This document shows, piece by piece, positions 17,173 through 27,354 of a stretch of DNA of 64,000 nucleotides (the stretch's first letter is position 1; each line of letters begins with the position of its first letter). Position numbers and translations under genes: made by a program. Source of the DNA: an uncultured Rikenella sp. (GTDB lineage: Bacteria > Bacteroidota > Bacteroidia > Bacteroidales > VadinHA17); contig CAZUIF010000004.1 of NCBI GenBank assembly GCA_964621005.1, positions 69,204 through 133,203 of the forward strand, written 5' to 3'. The notes beneath the pieces were generated by a model. The model did no database searches and was not told the DNA's origin. It was given only the letters and a program-made list of their open reading frames with translations.

Positions 17173-18909
17173 ATGCATAGGTTAAACGACTTCCTCACGA
17201 CGCTTGACGGCTACCTTGGCGGGCATCCCTGGTTCATGGTGCTCCTTATAGGTACCGGTCTTTTCTTTACAGTTTACCTTGGTTTTCCGCAGATCCGCTA
17301 TTTCAGGCATGCCATCCGGATCACCAAAGGGAAATACGATCACTCGCACGATGTTGGTGATACATCGCACTTCCAGTCACTTGCCACTGCTCTCTCCGGG
17401 ACGGTTGGAACAGGAAACATTGCGGGAGTGGCTCTTGCCATTCACCTCGGCGGACCGGCAGCGCTGTTCTGGATGTTGCTTACAGCCGCAATCGGCATGT
17501 GCACAAAGATGGTAGAGGTTTCAATATCACATAAGTACAGGGATATCCTTCCTGACGGCAGCGTTTCCGGGGGGCCGATGTATTACATGAAAAAGCGGCT
17601 GAACATTACAACCCGGAATGGAAAGGTGCTGAAGACCGGGCTCATCATCGGGAGCTTTTTTGCGGGTGCAACAATACTGAGCTCGTTCGGTACGGGCAGC
17701 CTGCCACAGATTAACAGTATTTCAAATGCCGTTTTTTCCACTTTCGGCATAAAGCATATTATCACCGGGGCCGTTCTATCCGTGCTGCTTGCCATGATCA
17801 TCATAGGCGGAATAAAGCGTATTGCAAAGGTTACCTCGGTGATGGTGCCGTTTATGGCAATACTTTACCTTGTCGGGGCCCTGATCGTAATCTTCTCAAA
17901 TTACCAGAATATCCTGCCCTCGCTTGGAGCCATTTTCAGTGACGCCTTCACAGGATCAGCAGCTGCCGGAGGTTTCCTTGGAGCCACTTTCGCCTTTGCA
18001 ATGAACAGGGGAGTAAACAGGGGACTCTTCTCCAATGAGTCAGGTCAGGGTTCAGCCCCGATAGCCCACTCGGCTGCCCGCGCACCGGAGCCTGTCTCCG
18101 AGGGTATGGTTGCGTTGCTCGAACCGTTCATCGACACTATCTGCATCTGTACATTGACGGGGCTGGTGGTACTTTCGTCGGGAGCATGGAACACAAAAAC
18201 CGAAAACCATTTCCAGACTACTGACATGCAATATATTGCCGGCTCTTATGACGATACCAGGAGCGAGGATGTGGTCAGACTTGGTGATCATGTTCGCGGA
18301 AAGGCGCCGCTGCCACTGTTTAACGGCAAGCTTGAAATTGAGAACGGAGTGCTGAAAACCGGGGGAGTATCCCTTATTCATGCCCGTTCACTCGCTGAAA
18401 ATGTAAGATACTCATCGGGAAATTCGCCCTACACAGGGATAATTGAAGTCAAGGACGGCAAGCTGGTCAATCCGGCAGCCTTCGACATAGTGGGGGAGTC
18501 ACTCATTCACAGTGCCCCGATGACTACATTTGCCTTCAGCAGAAGCATAATGAAGGGCTGGGGAAAATACATCGTTGTCTTCGGACTGCTGCTGTTTGCA
18601 TTCTCCACAGCCATATCATGGTCGTACTACGGCGACAGGGCCGTGACCTTCCTTGCCGGACCCAAATATGTGATCTGGTACCGGCTCATATTCGTTACAG
18701 CGTTCTTTATTGCATCATTCACTGACACAACGATAATATGGTCACTCTCTTACATCGCCATAGTGCTTATGGCAGTGCCGAACCTTATCGGTATTCTTAT
18801 CCTCCGCAAGGAGATGAAGCAGAGTGTAAAGGATTACTGGCTGACTTTTGCCAGGCAATACCCCGAAGAGAAGATCTCCGGGAAAATGCTTAGAAGGTTT
18901 GGCGGTTAG
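17173..18909 (+). CDS. AGCS family transporter, copy 2
   Basis: 578 aa and collinear with copy 1, including the long extra-membrane insert. It starts 19 nt after NSS copy 2. Confidence 0.9.
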   Translation: MHRLNDFLTTLDGYLGGHPWFMVLLIGTGLFFTVYLGFPQIRYFRHAIRITKGKYDHSHDVGDTSHFQSLATALSGTVGTGNIAGVALAIHLGGPAALFWMLLTAAIGMCTKMVEVSISHKYRDILPDGSVSGGPMYYMKKRLNITTRNGKVLKTGLIIGSFFAGATILSSFGTGSLPQINSISNAVFSTFGIKHIITGAVLSVLLAMIIIGGIKRIAKVTSVMVPFMAILYLVGALIVIFSNYQNILPSLGAIFSDAFTGSAAAGGFLGATFAFAMNRGVNRGLFSNESGQGSAPIAHSAARAPEPVSEGMVALLEPFIDTICICTLTGLVVLSSGAWNTKTENHFQTTDMQYIAGSYDDTRSEDVVRLGDHVRGKAPLPLFNGKLEIENGVLKTGGVSLIHARSLAENVRYSSGNSPYTGIIEVKDGKLVNPAAFDIVGESLIHSAPMTTFAFSRSIMKGWGKYIVVFGLLLFAFSTAISWSYYGDRAVTFLAGPKYVIWYRLIFVTAFFIASFTDTTIIWSLSYIAIVLMAVPNLIGILILRKEMKQSVKDYWLTFARQYPEEKISGKMLRRFGG

Positions 18910-18960
18910 CGGGACGCTGCACAGCGCCTGAAGGCCAAAAATTGCTACCTTTGGGTTTTA

Positions 18961-19665
18961 TTGATCAATGTCATGAGAAACCTCAGCATTATTCTGGTGG
19001 TGGCAACAATGCTGCTGCCTGTATTTAGAGTTCATGGTCAGGAGCAGACCGGTTGTGCCGTCCTTATGAAGAACATCAGTGAAAAGTATGTGGGTGAGTG
19101 CAGGAAGGGGCTTGCTCACGGTGACGGAGAAGCATGGGGAATTGACCATTACACCGGGGCATTTAAAAAAGGCCTTCCCAACGGTAAAGGTACATATGTC
19201 TGGGCTGACAGCTCAGTCTATGAAGGTCTGTGGTCTAAAGGTGAGAGGTATGGCACCGGGAAATATACATTCAGCTACAGGGGTGCGGACTCAATACAGG
19301 AAGGGCAATGGGTTGACGACAAATTCATAGGCAAGAAGGAGGATGTTCTGGGTTACAAGTTAATAACCCAGAGAGCTGTAGAACGTTACAAGGTTTACAG
19401 GATTTCTGACGGCAACGAGATACGAGTACACCTCAGGCCAATCGCCTCAGGCACACTGGATGTAACCAATCTCCAGATCACGGGATCATCAGGGATTGAG
19501 ACCGAGTTCCTCAATTCACAGATGGAGTTCAGAAACTGTGAGTATCCATTCAAGCTGAGGGTCACATTCAACAAATGGAGCAAGTTGAAGACGGTCAGGG
19601 TAGACACCTCCCTGGAGCTCGAGATACTACGTCCAGGCATATGGCTTGTTGAGATCGGAGCATGA
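18961..19665 (+). CDS. Secreted MORN-repeat protein
   Basis: It has a signal-like N-terminus (MRNLSIILVVATMLLPVF) and about four MORN-type repeats (YVGECRKGLAHGDG, YTGAFKKGLPNGKGTY, YEGLWSKGERYGTGKY, QEGQWVDDKFIG). The C-terminal ~100 aa has no recognisable motif. Confidence 0.6.
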   Translation: MINVMRNLSIILVVATMLLPVFRVHGQEQTGCAVLMKNISEKYVGECRKGLAHGDGEAWGIDHYTGAFKKGLPNGKGTYVWADSSVYEGLWSKGERYGTGKYTFSYRGADSIQEGQWVDDKFIGKKEDVLGYKLITQRAVERYKVYRISDGNEIRVHLRPIASGTLDVTNLQITGSSGIETEFLNSQMEFRNCEYPFKLRVTFNKWSKLKTVRVDTSLELEILRPGIWLVEIGA

Positions 19666-20556
19666 TTACTCCCGGTCAGGCATCGGTGGATACAAATCCT
19701 CAACCCTTACTGCATTATCGTTCTCCGTTGTTACCTCAATGACAACCTCCTCGGCCCTGTTCCTGAAATAGAGCAGGAAGGCAAGAATGGGCATTACGGG
19801 GGTAACAAGTCCTCCGGTCAGGGCACTAAGGCCTATATAAACCGGGTTACGTGTCATTTCGAGCATGGCCCCGGCTTCCTCAGGGTTGGCAATGGATTTA
19901 ATGAATGATCCCGTGAAGGGAAGCATGACCAGGGCTCCAAGTACCATTGCAACCACAATCATGATTAGGATCACGACAACCACCCAGCCCATGTTTGGCC
20001 ACAGGTTCCTGTGGGCCAGTCTGAATGAACGTGACAGCATCTCAAACGGATTGCGTGTTTCAACCAGGGTAACCGGCATGACAAAAAGGCCCACCGTAAG
20101 CATGTAAAAGACGGCAAAGAGCCCGGGCAAAACCAGGATCACGAGGCCGACGGATACCAGTAACACTGTCAGTATCCCGAAAATTATCATTGCAACGAGA
20201 TACGGTACGATTGCAGCCAGTGCGCTCCTGAGGACTGTTGTGATGAATCCCGGCTCTCCGGCAGGCTTCTCCAGTACCCAGGCATGCAGTAGCACGCCTA
20301 TGACCAGTGAGACGAGGATGGTAAGGGCATATGGCCCGGCAAAACTCTTCATTTTTTCAAGCATCTCGACGGGATCTGTTGTAGCCTGGATTGAAGCAAG
20401 GTCGATGCCTGAAACAAAGAGGGATGAAAGAAGTGAGCCGACCACTGAAATCAGATATAGCCCGACGAAGTATTTCTTGTAGAAGTTCCACAGCTTGTTG
20501 AATGCAGTGTCAAGGTCGACAGCCCCGGCAAGAGGATGGTTCTGATAGGTGTTCAT
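19666..20556 (-). CDS. Polytopic membrane protein of unknown function
   Basis: 296 aa with about 6 long hydrophobic segments and an acidic C-terminal tail. It lies 48 nt downstream of the SNF2 gene on the same strand. Its stop abuts the stop of the convergent MORN gene. Confidence 0.6.
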   Translation of the reverse strand: MNTYQNHPLAGAVDLDTAFNKLWNFYKKYFVGLYLISVVGSLLSSLFVSGIDLASIQATTDPVEMLEKMKSFAGPYALTILVSLVIGVLLHAWVLEKPAGEPGFITTVLRSALAAIVPYLVAMIIFGILTVLLVSVGLVILVLPGLFAVFYMLTVGLFVMPVTLVETRNPFEMLSRSFRLAHRNLWPNMGWVVVVILIMIVVAMVLGALVMLPFTGSFIKSIANPEEAGAMLEMTRNPVYIGLSALTGGLVTPVMPILAFLLYFRNRAEEVVIEVTTENDNAVRVEDLYPPMPDRE

Positions 20557-20604
20557 TGCAGCGTTTTTGAGATTTGTAAATTCTAAGGTAAATCTATGAA
20601 AAAA

Positions 20605-23574
20605 TCAGTTAAGTATCTCAAGCATCTCTTTTATGTCGAGGTCCCCAAGCGGGTTGTTCGTATCGATGAAGGAGTCTGCCAGCCGTGATTTTCTCTCCTG
20701 CAGGCGCTGGATTTTTTCCTCAATCGTATTGCCTGAGATATACCTGTAAACAAATACCCTCTTTTCCTGTCCTATCCTGTGGGCCCTGCTGAGGGCCTGG
20801 ATCTCTGATGCCGGGTTCCACCACGGGTCGAGGATGAAGACATAATCGGCTTCGGTGAGGTTAAGACCGATTCCGCCTGCCTTGAGTGAAATGAGAAATA
20901 CCTTGATGTTTTCGTTGTTCCTGAAGTTTCCGATCACTTTTCCCCGTTCCCTTGTAGAGCCGGTGAGCATTGTATAGCCGATGCCGTTTTTTTCGAGCCA
21001 TCCGGGGAAAAGCTGCAGGTGTTTCACAAATGAGGAGAATATCAGTATCCGGTGCCCTTCCGCCACTACGTTTGCAATGTTGTGGGTAACAGCGTCGAAC
21101 TTGCCTGATCCTCCGCTGTAGTTCTCGTCGGTCATGACAGGATGGTTGGCAAGCTGCCTCAGTCTCATGAGACCCTGGAGCACAATGATTGCCGACTTCT
21201 CGATGCCCACTGACTCAATATTCTCAAGAATGGTATTCCGCACGGCTGATTTTTCCTTCTCATACACGGCGGCCTGTTCCTCTGACATATCGCACTGGAT
21301 GACCTGTTCCGTCACCGGGGGAAGTTCCTTTACGACCATCTCCTTGGTACGTCGCATAATGAACGGCTGGATTATTTTCCTGAGCCTGGCCTCCTTCTCT
21401 TCCTCATAGTTCTTTTCGATAGGCCTTGCAAACTCCCTCCTGAAGAATGCCAGCGAGCCCAGCAGGCCGGGATTGACGAAATTGAGCTGAGTCCAGAGGT
21501 CAGTAAGGGAGTTTTCCACCGGGGTGCCTGTAAGAACCAGCCTGTGTTCGGCCCGGAGTCTCATCACAGATCTGTACAGATGGGAGGATGGATTCTTGAT
21601 ATGCTGGCTTTCATCGAGCACCACGTAGAAAAAGCTGATGCTGGTGAAGAGCTCAATGTCCTGCCGCACCGTATGGTAGCTTGACAGGATAATGTCATAA
21701 CCGGTGAAGTGTGAGGCGGACCTGTGCCTGGCGGCTCCGTAATGTATAAGCGTCTTCATTGATGGGCTGAAGCGCTGTATTTCGTTGTGCCAGTTATGGC
21801 AGAGCGAAGCAGGCACAATTATCAGGGAGGTGGCCGGCGGCGTATCGGCACCGAAAAGGGAAAGCTGCCCTCCACCCGGATTCTCACCGTTTGTCATGTT
21901 ATCCCCGGTGTTGACGGTGAGTGCTTTCATTTTTTCCCTGTTCCACATCAGCAGAGCAATTGTCTGTAGTGTCTTTCCCAGGCCCATGTCATCGGCAAGG
22001 CATCCGCCCAGATTGTTTGACTGCAGGAAATGAAGCCAGCTTATCCCTTCAACCTGGTAAGGCCGTAGTGAGCCGTTAAGCCCTCCCGGTACCTCCAGCA
22101 GGGTCAGTTTGTCAGGCATTACAAGCTTTTCGAGCCTTGCGCATGTGTCACAGTCTTCGCCGGAGACCGCTTCGCTGAAAATGCTGAAATGCTGCTTGTG
22201 CAGAAGCAGGTTATCGTCGTGGTCATTCCCCATCTCGAACAGTCCGCGGTAACGGGTGAACCATTCCTCGGGAAGCAGGGCCACTGTGCCGTCAGGCAGG
22301 GCGTATTCGCGGGTCCCGTCAAGAATGTTTCTCCTGAACCGCGTAAACGGTATTGTGAAAGGTCCTATAGTCACCACTGCCTTCAGGTCGAACCAGTCGT
22401 TTATCACCTGGTGACTTATCTTTATCTCAACACGGTGAAGTGAATACGGCCGGTCAAGGCTTCCGGTACGGATAATCAGTCCCGCGCTCTCCAGTTTTTC
22501 ACGGTTATAGGCGATTGTTTCAAGCAGGTCATACAGAGCCTCCTGCCCGTCTACCCGTGATCCGGGTGTGATGAAGTTGATTCCGTCGTCGCTTGTCAGA
22601 CCAGACTCGTCAAGGGCAGCCATGCACCTCTTCTCCCAGTCAAAGTCACGTTCCTTTCTCAGGAAAAGGAATTCGCCTCCCTGGCTGCTGAAAGAGGTGA
22701 AATGACTTGTCTCGTCAGGGTAATAGACATCCCTGTTGTCATACCGGAATTTCAGGGTGGCTGCCGGGGTACCTGTAATGGTTCGCTCCACCGTAAGGAG
22801 CGCCTTCTTCTCCGGCTCTGCGTGAGTGGTGGAGAACCCCGTGCCGGTGACCCTGTGACTGTTTATCACCTGGAGCACGAAAGTGGAAAAATATTTCTCC
22901 ACAGTTTTTTCGGGAATTATTATCCTGTCACGCGTCAGGAAAGGTTTGAGCTTCGCACCTTCAATGGCGGTGATGAAGTGGACTGAGTGCCCGGTCCTGA
23001 CGATACACGGTTTGTTGCATAGTATCTCCACCTGCTGGCCGCGAAGGCTGACGGGCCGGCCGGCAGCCTCAACCGTAAGGCTGTAGCTCGTCGTTCCCGG
23101 GGTACGGTCGAACCTGAAAACCGGGTCTGCCAGGACGGGATTTATTGTAAGCCTGTCCTCATGGTGCAGGGAGTTGACACCCGTCTTCTGGAGGAACAGA
23201 GGGATCTCCTCATTAAGGGATATCTGGAGGCACTGGGCTATCCTTGACTCCATATATGGCTTTATCAGTTCCCCGAATGTCTTCTCCGATACATTCTCCA
23301 GGAACTCCTTCACGTTCCGGTGCTTCGAGAAGAGTTTGAACAGGTTGCGGTCAGAGTATTCGTTGACAAGCCTGACAGCCTCCTTCTCCTCGTTATCAAG
23401 CCCCGAGAGAGTGATGCTGTTGGGAAAGGGTGAAAGAGCCTCCCCCGGGGAGTAGTATTCGCGACCGGCGACCTTCTCCAGCATATATGGCATCAGCACC
23501 GTACCCCACCTGCGGTGCTGGGTCAGTATCAATGCAAAGAGTCTTTCACGTGTTCCGGAAACAGGGGGCTGCAT
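20605..23574 (-). CDS. SNF2-family helicase/translocase (RapA/HepA-like) with a long N-terminal bacterial SNF2-associated region
   Basis: 989 aa with SNF2 motifs (LRPYQVEGISWL, LADDMGLGKTLQ, VLDESQHIKN, LTGTPVENSL, QALSRAHRIGQ). Confidence 0.88.
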   Translation of the reverse strand: MQPPVSGTRERLFALILTQHRRWGTVLMPYMLEKVAGREYYSPGEALSPFPNSITLSGLDNEEKEAVRLVNEYSDRNLFKLFSKHRNVKEFLENVSEKTFGELIKPYMESRIAQCLQISLNEEIPLFLQKTGVNSLHHEDRLTINPVLADPVFRFDRTPGTTSYSLTVEAAGRPVSLRGQQVEILCNKPCIVRTGHSVHFITAIEGAKLKPFLTRDRIIIPEKTVEKYFSTFVLQVINSHRVTGTGFSTTHAEPEKKALLTVERTITGTPAATLKFRYDNRDVYYPDETSHFTSFSSQGGEFLFLRKERDFDWEKRCMAALDESGLTSDDGINFITPGSRVDGQEALYDLLETIAYNREKLESAGLIIRTGSLDRPYSLHRVEIKISHQVINDWFDLKAVVTIGPFTIPFTRFRRNILDGTREYALPDGTVALLPEEWFTRYRGLFEMGNDHDDNLLLHKQHFSIFSEAVSGEDCDTCARLEKLVMPDKLTLLEVPGGLNGSLRPYQVEGISWLHFLQSNNLGGCLADDMGLGKTLQTIALLMWNREKMKALTVNTGDNMTNGENPGGGQLSLFGADTPPATSLIIVPASLCHNWHNEIQRFSPSMKTLIHYGAARHRSASHFTGYDIILSSYHTVRQDIELFTSISFFYVVLDESQHIKNPSSHLYRSVMRLRAEHRLVLTGTPVENSLTDLWTQLNFVNPGLLGSLAFFRREFARPIEKNYEEEKEARLRKIIQPFIMRRTKEMVVKELPPVTEQVIQCDMSEEQAAVYEKEKSAVRNTILENIESVGIEKSAIIVLQGLMRLRQLANHPVMTDENYSGGSGKFDAVTHNIANVVAEGHRILIFSSFVKHLQLFPGWLEKNGIGYTMLTGSTRERGKVIGNFRNNENIKVFLISLKAGGIGLNLTEADYVFILDPWWNPASEIQALSRAHRIGQEKRVFVYRYISGNTIEEKIQRLQERKSRLADSFIDTNNPLGDLDIKEMLEILN

Positions 23575-23772
23575 CTGTAAAATAAATAAACATGCAATTT
23601 TGAAATTCCCCGGGTAAAATCAAATAGCCGTCAGAAAATATTTTTACCTGCCGGAAATGAGATTTATCCTGCAATACTTTTCCTGCACGCTCCCTAAGGT
23701 GCCGGCAGCTCATTATTGCGTTGCCTGCGGCCGCATGAACGGAATATTTTAATATCTTTCCGTGCTTGATCA

Positions 23773-26397
23773 ATGACGGAGCAGAAGATGAAAAGAGCCA
23801 TAACAATCAGTTTTTTATTGAGTTTGACTCTCCTTGCCGTACCGCAGGAGACCCCGCTTTCAACCGGATGGAGAGCCAGGAAGGCTTCAGAGGTTCCGAT
23901 GGACGGCAGGGAGCTTACTGCGACTGAGCCTGACCTGGCCGGATGGCTTAATGCGACTGTCCCCGGCACCGTGCTTACAACGCTGGTTAATAACGGCCTG
24001 ATGCCTGATCCGTGGTACGGAATGAACAACGAGCGTATACCTGATGTATGGAATGAGGGGCGTGATTTTTACACCTACTGGTTTTTCACCAGGTTCTCCT
24101 CAGAAAGCCTCGATTCCACACGCCAGGTGTGGCTGAACTTCAGGGGCATCAACTACAGGGCTGAGATATGGCTTAACGGAACGCTTCTGACCGACTCTCT
24201 CCATGTGGGAATGTTTCTCCGCAGGAAATTCAATGTCACAACCCTTCTCAACCGCGAGGGGCGCAATCGCCTTGCCGTGAGGGTTGAACCTCCTCTGAAT
24301 CCCGGAAATCCGAACGGTGGCCAGGGTGGAGACGGCACCATAGGACGTGATGTTACGATGCAGTTTACCCCCGGATGGGACTGGATACAGCCTGTCAGAG
24401 ACAGGAACACGGGCATCTGGGATATAGTAACTATCGAGGTAACCGGAGATATAGACATCAGGAACAGTTTTGCCCGGACGAGGGTGCCGGGTGAACGTCT
24501 GCCCGGGGAACTGCAGGATCCTGCTTTCGTCACCTTCTCTGCCGAGCTTGTCAACCCTACCGACAGGCTGGTTGAGGGAGAGCTTGCCGTGGCATACATG
24601 GGAGCCACTGACAGGAAAAGGATGAAGCTGGAGCCGCACAGCACAGTAACCTATACCTTTCCGGAAAAGAAGCAGGTCGATCCGAGGATATGGTGGCCCA
24701 ACGGTATGGGGCAGCCGGCCCTGTACCCGGCGGTCATAACGTTCCATGACAGAAAAGGCAATACTCTTGACAGGGAAGACATGATGTTCGGTTTTCGTGA
24801 ACCGGGAAGCTATTTTGATGATTCCACAGGGGCGCGCATCTTTACAATCAACGGCCAGAAACTGTTTGTCAGGGGTGCCAACTGGATCGCTTCCGACGGC
24901 ATGCTGCGCCTTAGCCAGGCAAGATATGATGCCGAGGTTAAGATGCATGCCGATATGAATATGAATATGATCAGGGTCTGGGGCGGATCGATTGCCGAAA
25001 GGCCTGAGTTCTATGATGCATGTGACAGGAACGGGATTCTTGTGTGGCAGGATCTCTGGATCACGGGAGACTGCAACGGCAGGTGGCCTGATACAGTACG
25101 AAAAGCCGACAGCCAGGAGGTTCGACGCCGGTACCCGGATAATGACTCACTGTTCATCCGTTCAGTGGAGGACCAGATCCTGATGCTGAGGAATCATCCT
25201 TCACTTTATCTTATCTGCGGGGGTAACGAGTTCCCTCCGCCGCCGGAACTTGACACGCTTATCAGGAAAAAGCTGGAGGAAATTGACGGAACCCGTATTT
25301 ACCTGGATGAGTCAACATCCCCGAATCTGTTGCGCAATACAATTGGCGGAACAGCCGACGGTCCTTATAACATAAGGGAACCGCTCTGGTTCTTTACGGA
25401 GAAATGGCATCCCTTCAATCCGGAGATAGGATCAGTGGGCCTTCCAAACACTGAAGGACTGGTGAAGATGATGGACCAGAAGGATCTTGTTGTGCCTGCA
25501 GCCGGGGATGTGAATGAGGTCTGGAGATACCACAAATACATGGGATACGGCGGCATGATTGAGAAGCTTGGCGAGCCACGCGACCTGGCTGATTTCGTCC
25601 GGAAGGCGCAGTTGCTTAACTATGAGCAGTACCGCTCGCTTGCTGAAGGTTACACCTCCCGCATGTGGAACTGGTATACCGGATTTCTTGTCTGGAAGAG
25701 CCAGAACCCATGGCCGGCACTCAAAGGTCAGTTCTATGACTGGTTCCTCGACCAGAACGGCGGATTTTACGGTTTCAGGCATGGCGCAACCCCGGTCCAC
25801 CTGATGTTTAATCCTGTTGATTCCGCTGTTTATGTTATCAATACAACGCCCAAGGAGCGCAAGGGACTCAGGCTCGAAGGAGTGCTCACCGACGAGTACG
25901 GCAATGAGATATGGAAGAAGGCTCAGGAAATGACTGTGGACGGGAATACCGTCACCCCTATCTGGAACATTGATCTGCGCGGCACGCAGGCTTCTGTTCA
26001 ATTCCTTAGACTGCGCATTACATATGTCTCCACCGGCCTGCCGGTTGATGATAATACCTACTGGTTCCCTCTTGACGGAGAAAGGACCAGGCTTACCTCG
26101 CTGCCCGAGGCGAGGATCGTGGGCCAGATGATGAAGAGCAGCAATGGCAAATACACTGTTGATCTTGCCAACAGCGGAACCGTTGCGGCCTTTTTCGTAC
26201 GGATGAAGGTTATCCGTGCCTCTGACGGTGAGATGATCGCCCCCGTATCACTTGATGATAATTACATTGTCCTGCTGCCCGGAGAGAAGAGGAGTGTCCA
26301 GGTTGATGTTACAGGCGTCAGGGAGGAGGAGCGCAATACTCCGCTTTTGCTTCACCTGGAGGGTTTCAACCTGCAGCCTGCACTGGTCAGACTCTGA
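23773..26397 (+). CDS. Glycoside hydrolase family 2 (beta-mannosidase / exo-beta-D-glucosaminidase-like)
   Basis: 874 aa with a signal peptide and a GH2 sugar-binding N-terminus (ATVPGTVLTTL..NGL.PDPWYG.NN, IWLNG). The TIM-barrel region carries NMNMIRVWGG...ILVWQD...GGNE. Confidence 0.8.
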   Translation: MTEQKMKRAITISFLLSLTLLAVPQETPLSTGWRARKASEVPMDGRELTATEPDLAGWLNATVPGTVLTTLVNNGLMPDPWYGMNNERIPDVWNEGRDFYTYWFFTRFSSESLDSTRQVWLNFRGINYRAEIWLNGTLLTDSLHVGMFLRRKFNVTTLLNREGRNRLAVRVEPPLNPGNPNGGQGGDGTIGRDVTMQFTPGWDWIQPVRDRNTGIWDIVTIEVTGDIDIRNSFARTRVPGERLPGELQDPAFVTFSAELVNPTDRLVEGELAVAYMGATDRKRMKLEPHSTVTYTFPEKKQVDPRIWWPNGMGQPALYPAVITFHDRKGNTLDREDMMFGFREPGSYFDDSTGARIFTINGQKLFVRGANWIASDGMLRLSQARYDAEVKMHADMNMNMIRVWGGSIAERPEFYDACDRNGILVWQDLWITGDCNGRWPDTVRKADSQEVRRRYPDNDSLFIRSVEDQILMLRNHPSLYLICGGNEFPPPPELDTLIRKKLEEIDGTRIYLDESTSPNLLRNTIGGTADGPYNIREPLWFFTEKWHPFNPEIGSVGLPNTEGLVKMMDQKDLVVPAAGDVNEVWRYHKYMGYGGMIEKLGEPRDLADFVRKAQLLNYEQYRSLAEGYTSRMWNWYTGFLVWKSQNPWPALKGQFYDWFLDQNGGFYGFRHGATPVHLMFNPVDSAVYVINTTPKERKGLRLEGVLTDEYGNEIWKKAQEMTVDGNTVTPIWNIDLRGTQASVQFLRLRITYVSTGLPVDDNTYWFPLDGERTRLTSLPEARIVGQMMKSSNGKYTVDLANSGTVAAFFVRMKVIRASDGEMIAPVSLDDNYIVLLPGEKRSVQVDVTGVREEERNTPLLLHLEGFNLQPALVRL

Positions 26398-26468
26398 CAG
26401 CTACGTGGTTCAGTTTGAGCCGGTCATGGCTGTGACCCGGCATCTTGTCTGAGGAATCTTCAGGCCGG

Positions 26469-27164
26469 TTATCCCAGCCTGCTGATCTCTTCCAGCCGCG
26501 GACGGTTGAGGATCATAATGCTCTTGTCAGACAGGCTGATCAGCCCGTCCTTCTCGAAGCTCTTCAGCACCTTCACGGCACCTTCGGTGGAGATTCCTGC
26601 AAAATCTGCCAGTTCGCGCCTTGAGAGATGTCTGAAGAGATCCTCACCCCCGAAGTTTTCCGGGTCGAGGCTGAGCAGGACCGTCGCCATCCTGCCGTTG
26701 GTCTGCTGGTGAAGGACGTGGTCAAGTGATGTGTAGAGCCTTCCGTTGTGCTCACAGTAGCGCCTGATGATGCTGAAGGCAAATTCGCCGTTGTGCTTTA
26801 CCAGTCCTGCTATGGCCTCCTTCTCGATGAGGAAGCCGGTTGTTTCTGTAACGGCAACAACCGAGTAACTGAAGGTATTCCGGTTGAAGACAGCGGAAAG
26901 GCCGACCATCTCTCCCGGGGTGATAATCCTCAGATTGTAGTCGCGGCCGTTGCTGCACTCAATGTACTGCCTTGAAAATCCGCCGACAATGAATATGACG
27001 TAGGAAGCAAATGCTCCCTGTTTGGTAAGGTTCTCTCCGCGCCTGAATACAACCTGGACCCTGCTCTCGCGAACCAGCTCGGTCTCTTCGGGGGTGAGTG
27101 CCGAGAAACATGGAAGTGTGATGTCGCATACAAACCCGTTGTCACTGTCTCTAAGTGTCTTCAT
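26469..27164 (-). CDS. Crp/Fnr-family transcriptional regulator
   Basis: 231 aa with a cNMP-like effector domain and a C-terminal HTH (LSRRELADFAGISTEGAVKVLKSFEKDGLI). It has four Cys residues (C13, C19, C70, C137). Confidence 0.85.
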   Translation of the reverse strand: MKTLRDSDNGFVCDITLPCFSALTPEETELVRESRVQVVFRRGENLTKQGAFASYVIFIVGGFSRQYIECSNGRDYNLRIITPGEMVGLSAVFNRNTFSYSVVAVTETTGFLIEKEAIAGLVKHNGEFAFSIIRRYCEHNGRLYTSLDHVLHQQTNGRMATVLLSLDPENFGGEDLFRHLSRRELADFAGISTEGAVKVLKSFEKDGLISLSDKSIMILNRPRLEEISRLG

Positions 27165-27241
27165 TTTTTTTCGTGAGATGCAAATTTAAGAATTAACAGC
27201 TGTAATCATGCATTCCAGCTCCGAAACAGACTGCCACAGGT

Positions 27242-27267
27242 ACACGACAACTTTTTTATTGTCGTGT
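27242..27267. promoter_or_regulatory. Perfect 9-bp inverted repeat in a divergent promoter region (candidate operator)
   Basis: The sequence is ACACGACAA-N8-TTGTCGTGT. It lies about 78 bp upstream of the Crp/Fnr start and about 88 bp upstream of the osmC-like start. Both flanking genes point away from it, so a terminator role is unlikely. Confidence 0.4.
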
Positions 27268-27354
27268 TTCAATCAGTATCATGAAACGGACAGGGGCTTT
27301 GCCTGGCGAAGCAGCCCTTTAATGGTCTAATTTTGCCGCAAATTAAAGGAACCA

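Noticed and set aside
20605-23574. The SNF2 helicase, with the downstream membrane protein, as a possible phage-defence system (DISARM/BREX-like).
   Set aside because: No methyltransferase, nuclease, PLD or DUF1998-type partner genes are present. The N-terminal region looks like the common bacterial SNF2-associated domain of RapA/HepA-like housekeeping proteins. The membrane-protein linkage is noted but not enough to propose a system.
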